Under the pieces are notes generated by a model. The model was not told where the DNA came from. It saw only the letters and a program-made list of their open reading frames with translations, and made no database searches. Both the position numbers and the translations under genes were made by a program. Below, piece after piece: positions 24,254 to 35,738 of a stretch of 47,799 nt of DNA (its first letter is position 1; every line of letters starts with the position of its first letter). The DNA is from Nemertoderma westbladi. Its lineage: Eukaryota > Animalia > Xenacoelomorpha. The stretch spans positions 1 to 47,799 of the forward strand of contig JAUCBJ010007106.1 in assembly GCA_032718475.1 (NCBI GenBank), in the 5' to 3' direction.

Positions 24254-26452
24254 AAGCCGTATTCACGAAAGTATGTACAGTATTACCCAGCTACAGTAGG
24301 TAGATACTAGCTGGGTATTATCTACTGGCAAACAACTCGCCCAAAGCCATATTCACGAAAAGCAAACACATGGTAAATACCTAAAACATAGCTCTTTTGA
24401 TAGAGGTGTTTAATAGGTAATTACTGGACATGATTGCCAGTAAACACGTTGTACTGTATGTACAGTAGGCCTACCTACTGTAATGATATTCACAAAACGA
24501 AAAGTAGGTAATACCCACGTGTTTGCCGCTAGGAAATACCTAAATTTGCTGGAGGAGGGGTAGGGCGCTACCAGCATTTGGCAAACACCTCATCTTTTAG
24601 CTTTACTTAATTATTAATTATATGAATTACTGTATGTCATCAATTATTAGTACATTCTATTCCCCCCTTAGTGATTTCATTTGGTTGAATTTCGATGTAC
24701 AGTAAAGAAACTACAGAAACAATTACAAACACAGTCAAAAATTGTAGTGACGGGAGGCGGTAAACAGCTGGCAAACACCTTACGTAGTAGTGGTACCGTA
24801 CTAATCAGTACTTTGAAAATGAAACATTATTTCTGCAGTTTGCTACCAGTACTGTACCGTGTACAGGTACATTGAAATTGAAACATTATTCAAAGTACAG
24901 CTACCTTTTAAACCGTTATACTGTACCTGCATATTGCTACCGGTACTTTACCGGGTGGCTTATTTCCAATTGGGGTGTCATTTCATAACATGGAAGTATT
25001 TCTGGGCTTCTAATTTGCTGTTCCTTAATTAAATAAGCTCACCTCATTGGTTAACACTAATTAAAATAAACTAATAAACTTAAATAAAATAATAAGTATA
25101 ATTACAGTACTTACAAATAAACTTACTGTACTTTACACTTAGATTTTGCATTTTCAGTTACTTTATATACGCTTATACTGGTATTCTTTAATTATTAATT
25201 CTGGAAATGCTTTTGCTTCATAAATACATACGGTATAATAGGCCTATATAGTGGATATAGAAATAAATATATATCTATCATAGAGTATATCATACAGTAT
25301 GCACTCTCCTATTTACCTATAGCCAAAGGGTGTGTCGGTTCGGCCTAAGAAGGGGTGCAGGTTGGGGAAAAGTACTTTTCTTGCTTGTCGATTTTACTTA
25401 CTGCTGTATTAAACAGGTAAATTATAATTATTTTTATTTATTTGCATGGAATTAATTTCGCACTATTTCGCACTGTCGCCACGGCGACATATTTTCTAAC
25501 TTTACATCGCAGTGCGACATTATTTCTCACTATATCCCTACGCCATACAGTACATTTTACTACGTATTTCCAATATATCCAGTATGTCACCGACTCATTA
25601 TTTGGTTGTTCTAGAAAGTTTAAGAAAGAAAGTTTTTTTATTTAATAATGCTTCCCCTACTTAAATTATAACACCAAATATTAGAAGCCCAGAAAACTTT
25701 GATAAGCTATAAAACGACACCCCAATTCGAAATATGCTTACCGGTGTCACAGTGCCCCCCACCCACGGGCCCCCGCCCCCCTCTCCCCCCAGCAGCCCCC
25801 CCCCCTCCCCCCCACCCAAGAATTTAGCTCCCATTAGAGAAATCCTCCCTTAGGAGAAGTTGCCTGATGACACAGTATGAGTAGTGATGATTGAAAACTT
25901 TGTGCGTTTATAATATATGGATCACATACTGTATATACAATATATACTGTACTAGGCCTATCGTTTATTGTTTCGGTTAGAAAATCCCGCCTTTCCAACC
26001 TGTGTTTTTCCCTTAAGTACCGATATTAATGTTATTCAAGGAAATTATGTCGGTAGCAAGATCGTTGGTACTCAGTCAGTAACTGCATATTGTTTTCGTA
26101 TGGGAAATAATGGGTTTAAGTGCGCCGGTGCTTTCTTTAAGTGCGCCGGAAGGTGTTTGACAGCAGACCGCATCACGCTAGGCCTACTAGAAATTATTTT
26201 GACTATGTTTCTGTAGCTCCTTTATTGTACATCAAAATTCAACCAAATGACATCATTAAGGGAGAAATACGGTGTACTAATAATAAATTGATGACATAAT
26301 TCATATAATTAATAATCATAAATACAGCTTAAAAATTCGGTGTGTGTAAAATACTGATAAGGCTCATGTCCAGTAATTACCTAGTAAACACATCTAGCAA
26401 AGACCTCTATCAGTGGTATTTACCACGTGTTTGCCTTTCGTGAATACGGCTG
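24254..26452. mobile_element. Non-autonomous PIF/Harbinger-like element
   Basis: TIR AGCCGTATTCACGAAAG at both ends, putative 3-bp TSD CAG, and long imperfect inverted arms at about 24344-24725 and 26205-26452. Confidence 0.65.
24949..25746. mobile_element. Nested mariner-like MITE
   Basis: Inverted ends taccgggtg..aattggggtgtc..tttctgggcttctaat and attagaagcccagaaa..gacaccccaatt..accggtg. Confidence 0.5.
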
Positions 26453-26724
26453 CAGGTTTCTATGATTGGAGCTGTACGTACATCATACAGTAGTTAGCCA
26501 GGTCCATTGCGGGGGGGGGGGGGGGGCGACACACAAAAACCAATAGTTAGTTAGATAGTTTATTGGCCAAATACCCGGGTATCAAGTCTAAAATAGCAAT
26601 TACACGAAGTGGGGCCTTCGCGCAGCACGTGACTTAAATTTAATTTAAGTACTAATTCGAAAGTATTACTGTATTAGCAAATTTTAAGCAGATTTCGCCT
26701 AATCACTTTTTACCTCTTTCATTT

Positions 26725-27588
26725 CTATTCAGACATTTCTGACTCTAGCGGTATAGTGAGAACTGAAGATGGATTAGGGTCTCCAGCCCCACAAAGACAC
26801 AGCCTATGGATGAATAGTACATACGTACATCGGCCAAGTTTCATCTTGAATAACGGATAACGAAATGAGAGACGGATCTCACTTTCAGAAATTTCGTCGT
26901 ATAGCGGCAGACCGATTAAATCCCCCCCCCCCCCCCCCCCCCCCCACAAAGACGCAGCATGTGGTCCAGAATATATGGCAAGATTCAGCTTAAACTGATT
27001 AAAATCAATGAGACGGGAGAATCTATTCACTTTCAGGCATAAAGTAGTCCTATAGCGGGTGACTGTTGAACTGATTTTCAACAAAACAAATTTTCAACTT
27101 GGCAGCTTTAAATTCGACAAAGTTATAAGCATGTCAATATCATAACGACGACAACGATTTCACTTTCAGACATTTGGCCCTCTAGCGGCAGACTGTAGAA
27201 CTGCAGATGGATTCGCCTCCTTTGAAAGTCACAGCTAATGGTCTAATACATATCTGCCAAGTTTCAGCTTAAACGGATTAAAAGCAAAGAAATGGGAGGG
27301 CATTTAATGTTTAGACATGTGGCCCTCTAGCGGGAGACCATTGCACTGATGGTGTCTGAAAGTCTCTCAAAAATCTCAACTTTTGCTCATATTGATACCT
27401 ACAAATTTTCAACTTGGCAGCTTTAAATCCGACAAAGTTATTAGCATGTCAAAATCGTAACGACGACGACAACGACGACGACGACGACGACGACAACGAC
27501 GACGACGACAACTATTTGCATAAATTGACCCACCCCCTAACAGTGTCAATTCGCTAAGGCTCCGCCAACTTCGTGGCTCGCCCCACAT
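26725..27588 (+). mobile_element. Helentron/HINE-like element with about 150-bp core repeats and a (GAC)n microsatellite
   Basis: cagacat...tagcgg unit at about 26729, 26886, 27034, 27168 and 27312; ccaagtttca motifs; (GAC)n at 27460-27510; same 3' terminus as at 23860. Confidence 0.6.
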
Positions 27589-30500
27589 ACAGTACATATA
27601 CATCATAGAAAAGCAAGGTAAAGAGAATGCACAGCACGATATCATAGTTACTAGTTCACCGGCACCAGTATACATAATGAACACTAAACGTAAACAGTTT
27701 ATAACTACCGGGTGTTCCATAATGATTGCCCCCCCCCCCCCCCCCCTGGCCAGCCAAAACTGCCAGACATGCACCTTAGTGTAATATACACTATCATTCG
27801 AAAGAGAATTTAATTCTGAGTTTGAATGCAAAAATTTAGGTTCCAATAAAAAAGTATAAAAATTTTATAGGCTATTCTTTAAAACAATCTTATTTTTCGT
27901 TATTTTTGATTTAATCACAATTAAAAAAATATAATTTATCCAGCGTTAGTCATCAGCTTTACAGCCATGCTTCCCCTTTGTAGCACGGGGAGCTCCTCGA
28001 TAGTGGCAAAGGATGTTGGCCCTTAAAATGGCCGTTTTGGTTTGAGTTCATTTTGATTATGCCACAGAATAACGACCCTCTCTAAAATTAACATCTCTGA
28101 TCCTGTCAACCATACGTTTTTCTTCAGAGTCATTGAAGATTGCACTGGAACTTGTTCGCGCTTTCAGACCTTTGGCAGTTTAACCCGCCAAATTAAGGTG
28201 TCTTCTAGATATTAAATCGCTTTTTAGCCTATGACAAGTATTTGATTCACTACACTAGTCGAAACCAATCTGTGCGCGATCATTCACCCGCTGGATATTC
28301 CCGGGAGATTGGGTTCGACGGTTTAATTTTATTGCTATGTAAGCCTAATGTATTATTCGACTGACAGTATTATATAATCTCTGACAATATTATTCACCTT
28401 CGGGAATATTAACAGTTCCTTTAGGACGTGGCGCTTTATCTATATAAACAGAGTTATGACTTAAACTACTCACAACGATATGGCTTAATTATAATTCACA
28501 TATATGGCGCATTCTTTAGGAATTGCTTCTTTAACAGACTCACTCATACACAATGCTGCACAATACTGCACACTAATCTGCCAATCTTCACTGATTTTAG
28601 TCACATATAAAAGGAACACAGACTGACTCATGTAGGGTCTATCAAATAACATTAGATTCACTTCAAACCACTTTAACATAAGTCACAATCGTTATTGGTA
28701 ACCTTTCTCTCTTACCTTCGGTATATCAAGAATATTGGGTTTTCGGGGTTATTTCTCGTTATTCCAAATATAATAATTCATCAACCATATTATGAAGAAC
28801 TGACAGTAAATAGCAGTATAACAATATAAAAGTATGCACAGTGTTACACAGTATGCAGTGTATGCAGTACCGCAGTATGCAGTGATTACGAAATTGCAGA
28901 GTGATATTTACAGAGTTAAAGGATATATGTCCTTATAATTAAACCTACTAGTGTTGAGCTAAAAAGCAGAAAGCACAAAACACTACAAAGCCGTTCTTTC
29001 GTGGCTTTGAAAAACTCGTGACTACTGCTCTATACAAGGATACCAACTACCCTTATTCCACGAAGCTCCCGTTCAACACAGAGAAAGAGCAGTGAGATAG
29101 GAAAATTTCAGTTCAGTAGCTCTGTGATAGGTCAAAATCAAAGCTAACTCAAATTCTATTGGGAGATACAGAAAGTTGCAACGTGGCAATATCAGCCGTT
29201 AGCCGTCGTCATGGTAGCGACACTGTTTTCAAGAGTATCGAGCCTTTTACGTCACGAAATTACAGATTATGTCCTCTAAAGTACAAATACAGAAGAAATG
29301 GCTTTTATGTCCTCCAAAACACCAGTACAGCAAGGACACGGCCTTTTTATGCCTGGTAAACCAACCACAGAGTACTTTACGGGGATAATAACCGGCTAAT
29401 TACGCAAAGGCTTTTACACCGCTCCCAGAAAATGGGATTTAAGTCTATAAAATATACAAAATCACAATTTCTAATATACATAAATACTCTAAACAGTTAG
29501 TCTTTCTTGCGCGGACGGCGTTTACGCAGTTTTTTAAAGCTATCAAGAGTCATTTTCTCTTTGGGGGAAGCCACTTTACTAGGAGGGCCATAACTCCTGG
29601 GTGAAGGGTGCAATATGATTGCATTAAAAGGTTTGGGTTTACGGTCGGTGTCTCGTCCATTTCGATATGCTTCTCCTCGAGCTGATTTTCCTCCGCTTGT
29701 CATGGGATACGTTCGTCCAAAACTCTCGCAGAGAATAGGGTTTTCTAAGCTTGATATCTTCTTAGAGATTCGAGATTTCCCAATCGAACTGAGATAAGGC
29801 CAATTCGTTTATCGATTGGACTTACTGTTATAACTTACGTTTATCTGAACAAACGCAGGTTTCTTTTTTGATCTTTATAGAATAGCGTTTAACTCGTTTC
29901 GTACAACGCTCTCCTTCACCTTGATGAAGGGTTGTATCGCGTTAAACGGGACGACCATACAATTGGATAGTGATATTAGGTGTCTGCGTCATAATCCAGC
30001 TAGGTAAGATGGGCGGCTAGCTAGAAATCACTGTCGGAGTGTTACCGATTAATTGTTAGGGTAGCACTAGATCTTGAACAGTGAATACCGTCCGCGAGGA
30101 TCCGCGACACCACCAGGATCGCAGGTCTGAGGTCCAACTAAGGAATGAGGAGGTTTGACCGAGTATTCCGGGACTCTGATCGTAGGTTTACTCTAGGATC
30201 GTTAGAGCCGAGTGAACATAGGTGATACGTCAACAAGTTTCGGTTTACGTGGATGTTTATGTCTTTCCGTTTATTAGTTGGGTCTAGGGCATTTATTGTA
30301 ATAATACCAAAGACGCACGTCTTGAAGGAGAAACGCGGGTGATATTTATTTGTTGTTACAATGCTTCTATCAAGAATTCCAGATATATGTTGGAGTTACC
30401 GCGTTTATTTGTTTCTTTAATGTCTTTTCTTTCGAATCGATTTCGAATAGGATTTTCGCATTAGAATTTGGTTTATCGTTTAGACTCCTCTGGGTAGGAT

Positions 30501-31841
30501 ATGTTCGACATAGACCGTATCGTGTAAGTCGATAGGATGATCAGTAGTTAAGAAGTCCATATACGTACCATTACGCTGCGTATATCGAGCAGCGAATTTT
30601 CTATAGGCCTAGTCCAACTCGCGCGAGCTGCTCTTGGGACATTGGCGGTTCGATATAACGACCATCGTCCTCCGCAGCAGTTGGACTAACGTCGCCGCGT
30701 ATTAAGCTATCAACAAATGCTTGCAAAGTAGAGTATATCGCTCCCCGATACCAAGACCATCTTCTATCAACTCCGTCATATCTGCTATATATGAGTTTAT
30801 CCATATTATAATGAGTTTATATTTAGGCGAGCGGGCGTCGCTGCCTACCCCAATCAACCCCCGGACAGTACGAGATCCTCAGCGCCGATGTGTCGTCGCC
30901 GCCGTACTTTCGCCAACGACGTAGCCGCACAACGACAACGACAACCGGCACAAGTCACTCGACTGTCCGTCCCAAAGGCTTAGATGTACTTCAGGTTTTC
31001 CTTGGAGAGTTAGGTTACTTTTACGATTGCGACTGGCTACTGTAAACACACCTTAGCAGTAACATTCACCTATAAACTCACAAATACCACACACACAACT
31101 TGTCACAAATTACACACATTCGGGCCATTTGTCCGTTAGTCAATGCCTTCCAGAATGTCACTGTATTAGTATGTATCCTTGGATACTAGTAGTGCGCTAT
31201 TTATTCCCTATGCTATTCAATGGGACAAGCTTTCTATTGTTCTTTTAACTCAATTCTAATTCTAGCGTGGTTGTTGCTATGGTGACATTATGCAAAGCTA
31301 GCGGTAGAATTAGGGTAGTTCCAATGCATACAGATCTGGGATGTTATTTAATAGTATTCTTTAATAGTCAATGTTCTGTTTTATACATGACTTTATGAAT
31401 TTTATCGGCTATTGACTATGTTTGGGAGACTTTCACACACTCATACGCATGATAAGATAAATCTCCGCTCTACCGTGGCTGATTGCGGCCAAAAAGCAGT
31501 TATGGTCATTTCAGAAAAAAACCTAAAAAAAAATAATTTCATTTCAATAAATATATATAATTTCATTTCAAATAAATGTAATTTCATTTCATTTCAAAAA
31601 ATGTATTTAATTTCATTTCAAATAAATGTATTTAATTTGATTTAGAATAAAAATGTAAATAATTTCATTTCAGAAAAGTATATTTAATTTCATCTCAGAT
31701 AAATGTATTAATTTTATTCTACTTAATTTTTGAAATCCGCTGTTCAGTCCATCCAACATTAACATGCAGAAAGGTGTCATAATAATTTTCATTTTCATTT
31801 GTGTTCTACCACATTTCAGTAGGCCTACATTTCATAATATT

Positions 31842-32974
31842 ATGGCATCATATAACTTGAATGAAAAGTTGACTAACTATTATTGGTGTGGATTTTCGCA
31901 CCAAGAAATAAAGTCTTTACTTTCTAAAGATGGCATTGAAACATCCACAAGATCCGTACGAAGGTTGTTGGCAGATTTGGGATTAACTAGACGATACAAT
32001 CCTAACAATTTCGACGACGTCTGTCTTGCTACAGTATTAGGAATGAACTTCATACTAAAGGAACTACGTCGGGATACAGACAGATGCAACAAACGTTGCT
32101 TTACAATTACAATATATATGTTCCTCGAACAGTAGTTGCACATATTCTGAATATATTGGACCCCATGTCTGTTGCACGACGAATAGATAACAGGGTGACT
32201 CGTCGGAGTTATTTTTCTAAAGGCCCAAACTATATTCATCACATAGATGGTTGGGATAAACTTAAACAATTTGGTCTAACTGTTCACGGGGCTATAGACG
32301 GTTACAGCAGAAAACTGATGTGGTTACAATGTGGCCCGAGTAACAATGACCCACGTGTTATAGCGAATTACTTTGTGGACTGTATCCAAACTCTAGGTGG
32401 TGTACCTCATGTTATACGAAGTGATCGTGGGACAGAAAACGTTAACGTGGAATTGTTGCAACGTTTCTTTCGGTTACAACACATTGATGGCCAGGCTTTC
32501 AACAACGCTGTTTACATTTATGGAAAAAGCACTAGAAATCAGAGAATAGAGGCATGGTGGTCTAAATTCCCCATTTTAGGAATGTCGCAATGGATTGAAC
32601 ATTTTACTCAACTAGAAATGCGTGGAATTATTGACACATCCAGTCCTATATATATTGAGCTTATCCGTTTCGTTTACCTGAACTACTTACAACGCACTCT
32701 AGATAATATTACTATAAAATGGAACAGTCATCATATTAGAAAGAGTGGTCTCGTCTCTCCTGGAGGTAAGCCCGATATTCTATTTCTTGATTTGCCTAAC
32801 TATCTACACCGTGTAGATCCCGATGATTTAGAGTCAATTCGACCATTCACTGAGCATGAACCCAAACTACATGCAGATTTATGTATGCTATCACTTGATT
32901 ACATCACTCAAGTTGACCATATTCGAACTCCAATGACCTGTCAATCATTGCGGACGACTGTGCAAATACATTAA
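31842..32974 (+). pseudogene. IS3EU-type DDE (integrase-core) transposase with N-terminal HTH; one 5-bp frameshift
   Basis: GPNYIHHIDGWDKLK..HGAIDGYSR, RSDRGTEN, NQRIE and WNSHHIR motifs. Removing CAGTA at 32032-32036 fuses ORFs 31764 and 32084 into about 375 aa with AIRNEL..GYRQM. Confidence 0.88.
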
Positions 32975-33050
32975 CTTACCTTTTAGATAATCTAATAAAT
33001 GAATTATAATATATTGTTGTATATTAAAATAAATTAATAAATATCTTTTG

Positions 33051-33240
33051 TTCGTTCCAGATAGCTGGCGCAGGGGTCACTCGCTTTTTGCATATAGCTG
33101 TGAGGTCCCGGGTTCGATCCCGTGCTGTGCCAGCTACAATTTCGGTGCGCAAGTTACGTAAAGCGATAAAGAAAAGGGTTGGGTAGTTCACGCGGGGAGT
33201 TAGTCTGGCGCGAATTAAATTCATTAAAACCAATCAATCC
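33051..33240 (+). ncRNA. tRNA-Ala(TGC)-derived structured element (SINE or Pol III RNA) inside the transposon
   Basis: A box TGGCGCAGGGG (33066-33076), B box GGTTCGATCCC (33111-33121), TT-TGC-AT anticodon-like loop and a 12-bp stem at 33062-33073 / 33125-33136. Confidence 0.6.
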
Positions 33241-33569
33241 GTTACATATTATTCCTAGTTATCAACACTAAAAATTAGTAACAACAAAAAGTGTATAAAC
33301 TTTATACAGCAGAGTAACTTAATTATTATTTAAGGTCGTTTTAAATACAACATAATTATGTACTACAGTATTAAATAATAATTAATTTTACTCTGCTGTA
33401 TCAAATATGCATTATGATAAAAAACGATAAGGATCTTGAAGTAAACTTGAATCAATTTCAAAATGCAACTATAACTATAACAAACGGAAAATAACACTAA
33501 AACAGTATATATACATACTGTACATACAATATGAGTTGTTACTACAGTATCTACAAGAAACGGTTCAAT

Positions 33570-35738
33570 TTAAGGCATTCCAAATTCTTTACTGTTAAGA
33601 ATATCATCGAACAATATTTCAGCAAATTCTTTGGCCGATGGCAGTATATAGCGATCGTTTAATGGAAATCGAATAACTTTTCCACATGTATCCGCTCGCA
33701 CGCGTCTTCCAGTATCACCCACATCCGTTCGATCAAATTCTATGCGACCCTCCCCTTGAAAGGTTGGATATTGTGAACCGCTACCGAATTGCAATATATC
33801 TCCCAGAGATAGAACAACAGTACGAGAATCTCCATCATCATCAACAACAACTGTTGATAACTCCTGTTTACCGACTCGTTTTAAAAACTGGTAAAATTTA
33901 AATGTAATAATCGTCGTCTCCTTTTCACGCTCTCGCGATCGTTCTGTACTCAAGTAGTTTGGTACAAAGCACAGCTTAACTTCCTCGTAGGTGACCTCGC
34001 GATGGGCAAGTAACTTACAGCTTTCTTCAGGAAATGACGTCATTATATAATAAACACCATATGACTTGAGGCCTTCCCGAAAGCAGGCAATTTCTTCTGA
34101 GGCAGAACAGTAGACAATGTGGCGTGTGATTAATTGAACCACCTTTGTTTTATCCTCAAATGGTATATTAGCATTATTAATTCCCATATCGAAGCGTTCT
34201 GGGAAATCAGCCAAGCAACGAGTAAACGATTCAGCTGTGTCTGCCAAGTTCAGGGATGCTAGTTTTTGTAAACACTCTTCATCCTGAGGGATTTCATTTA
34301 AATCTGGATAAATTGGTAAATTCATTATCGCCCGGGCAGTTGATTGGCTAAAACAGTGTGGTCCGGCTTCACCATTAATTAAGGCCAGAGCAGCTAATTT
34401 TCCAAGGTTTTTGTATTTATCCAATTCACATTGATTGTGCCGAAAGAGGAAGTTCGGATACACTCCCCGAAATAACATCGGCGGTTGGGTAGAGAAAAAC
34501 AGCGAAAATAACTCTCTTAGGGGACCACCAGTGTCCACTGCCAATTCACCTATAAACTTTACCATCACTACTGGAGAAGTAATATCATCAGTTTCTAGAA
34601 ACTCATAAAGGTTGTCAACCAGTTGACATCGCGGCACCTCGATCACAGTGTGGGATGGATTTGCAACCTTCCAAGAATCATAAGTCTTTGAAATAGTGCC
34701 CTTGAAATCCGTGCTGTCGACTTCAAAGGTGAGGAGGTCTGCATTATCACTCACAACTATATATTGTGAAGGCTCTTGAACTTCAAGAATTGGAGAAGAA
34801 TCACTACTGGGTGGCTGTGTCTCCAAATTAAAATGTTGTGCACGTAAATTCCTGACATGTTCAATCAGTGGTAGAGGATCCGGATTATCTTCTTTTTGTA
34901 CCTCTGGAGGAACCTCTTCAACTTCATCAATATCATCGACATCCAGAATCTTGGCCGCATCTATTTGTTCTGATTCCTCAAAGTCTGCGAGTGTGCAGCA
35001 GCGAAAACAATACATTTCGTCTCTCGGCCGAGATGTTCCACATTCTGGACATATTAGACGCCTCAATGGTAGTTCTCGAGGGTTGATGTTCTTGTCACAT
35101 GATTCGTTACCATCAGATGGTTGAATATCGATAGAGGTTGATGAGATATCCTCACGTTTCAGTCTACAAATTATATTAATTTTAGGCATACCTACAATAC
35201 AACGTTCTTCTATATAATGATTGATTTGTATAGCTCTCAACACTATCATCTAAAGAATCAACGGCAGTAAATATATATTCATCCTTCATGTAGGGTTTGT
35301 TGAATTTTTTTAGGGTGTTGCAAATTCCATCAGGAAATACTTTGTTAACAATGAAATCCCTAATTTCATTCATTGGCAGATTCATTTGAAGTTGCAGTCG
35401 AACTAGATTTGATGCCCCCATCGGACTTATGAGCAATTGAGATCCATTGCCAGTGTCAACACTAATCCGACAGGTTACGATCTTTGTACCTACCCTCGGG
35501 CGACCAAGTCGTTTTTTGTTACGGCGAGGGGTATTACAGTAATTAGCTGCCTATTGCGGCTAACTGATGATAAAGTTGCAATGTCGTCAACACTCATTCC
35601 TTCACTTGCACTCGATGTATTGGTAGTCTCAGTTGGCGATCCTCTGACACTCGCAATATCATTGACTTGTGTAATGAAGCTTCGTCTTACATTTGCTAAT
35701 CGCAATTGATGAAGCTGATAGTCTGAGTTTGTGGACAT
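33570..35738 (-). pseudogene. HECT-domain E3 ubiquitin ligase (G2E3-like), transposon cargo; two frameshifts in the N-terminal part
   Basis: VKFIGELAVDTGGPLRELF (HECT N-lobe), ILQFGSGS, RADTCGKVIRFP (catalytic Cys motif), terminal EFGMP and a CxxC..CxxC zinc ribbon. ORFs 35490-35738, 35182-35436 and 33570-35249 join into about 720 aa. Confidence 0.85.

Noticed and set aside
27409-27846. 145-aa ORF with an Arg-rich tract
   Set aside because: Produced by the (GAC)n microsatellite and a poly-C run in repeat DNA.
33055-33136. Functional tRNA-Ala gene
   Set aside because: The D-arm and anticodon stem do not pair properly, the T-stem is imperfect and the variable region has extra bases.
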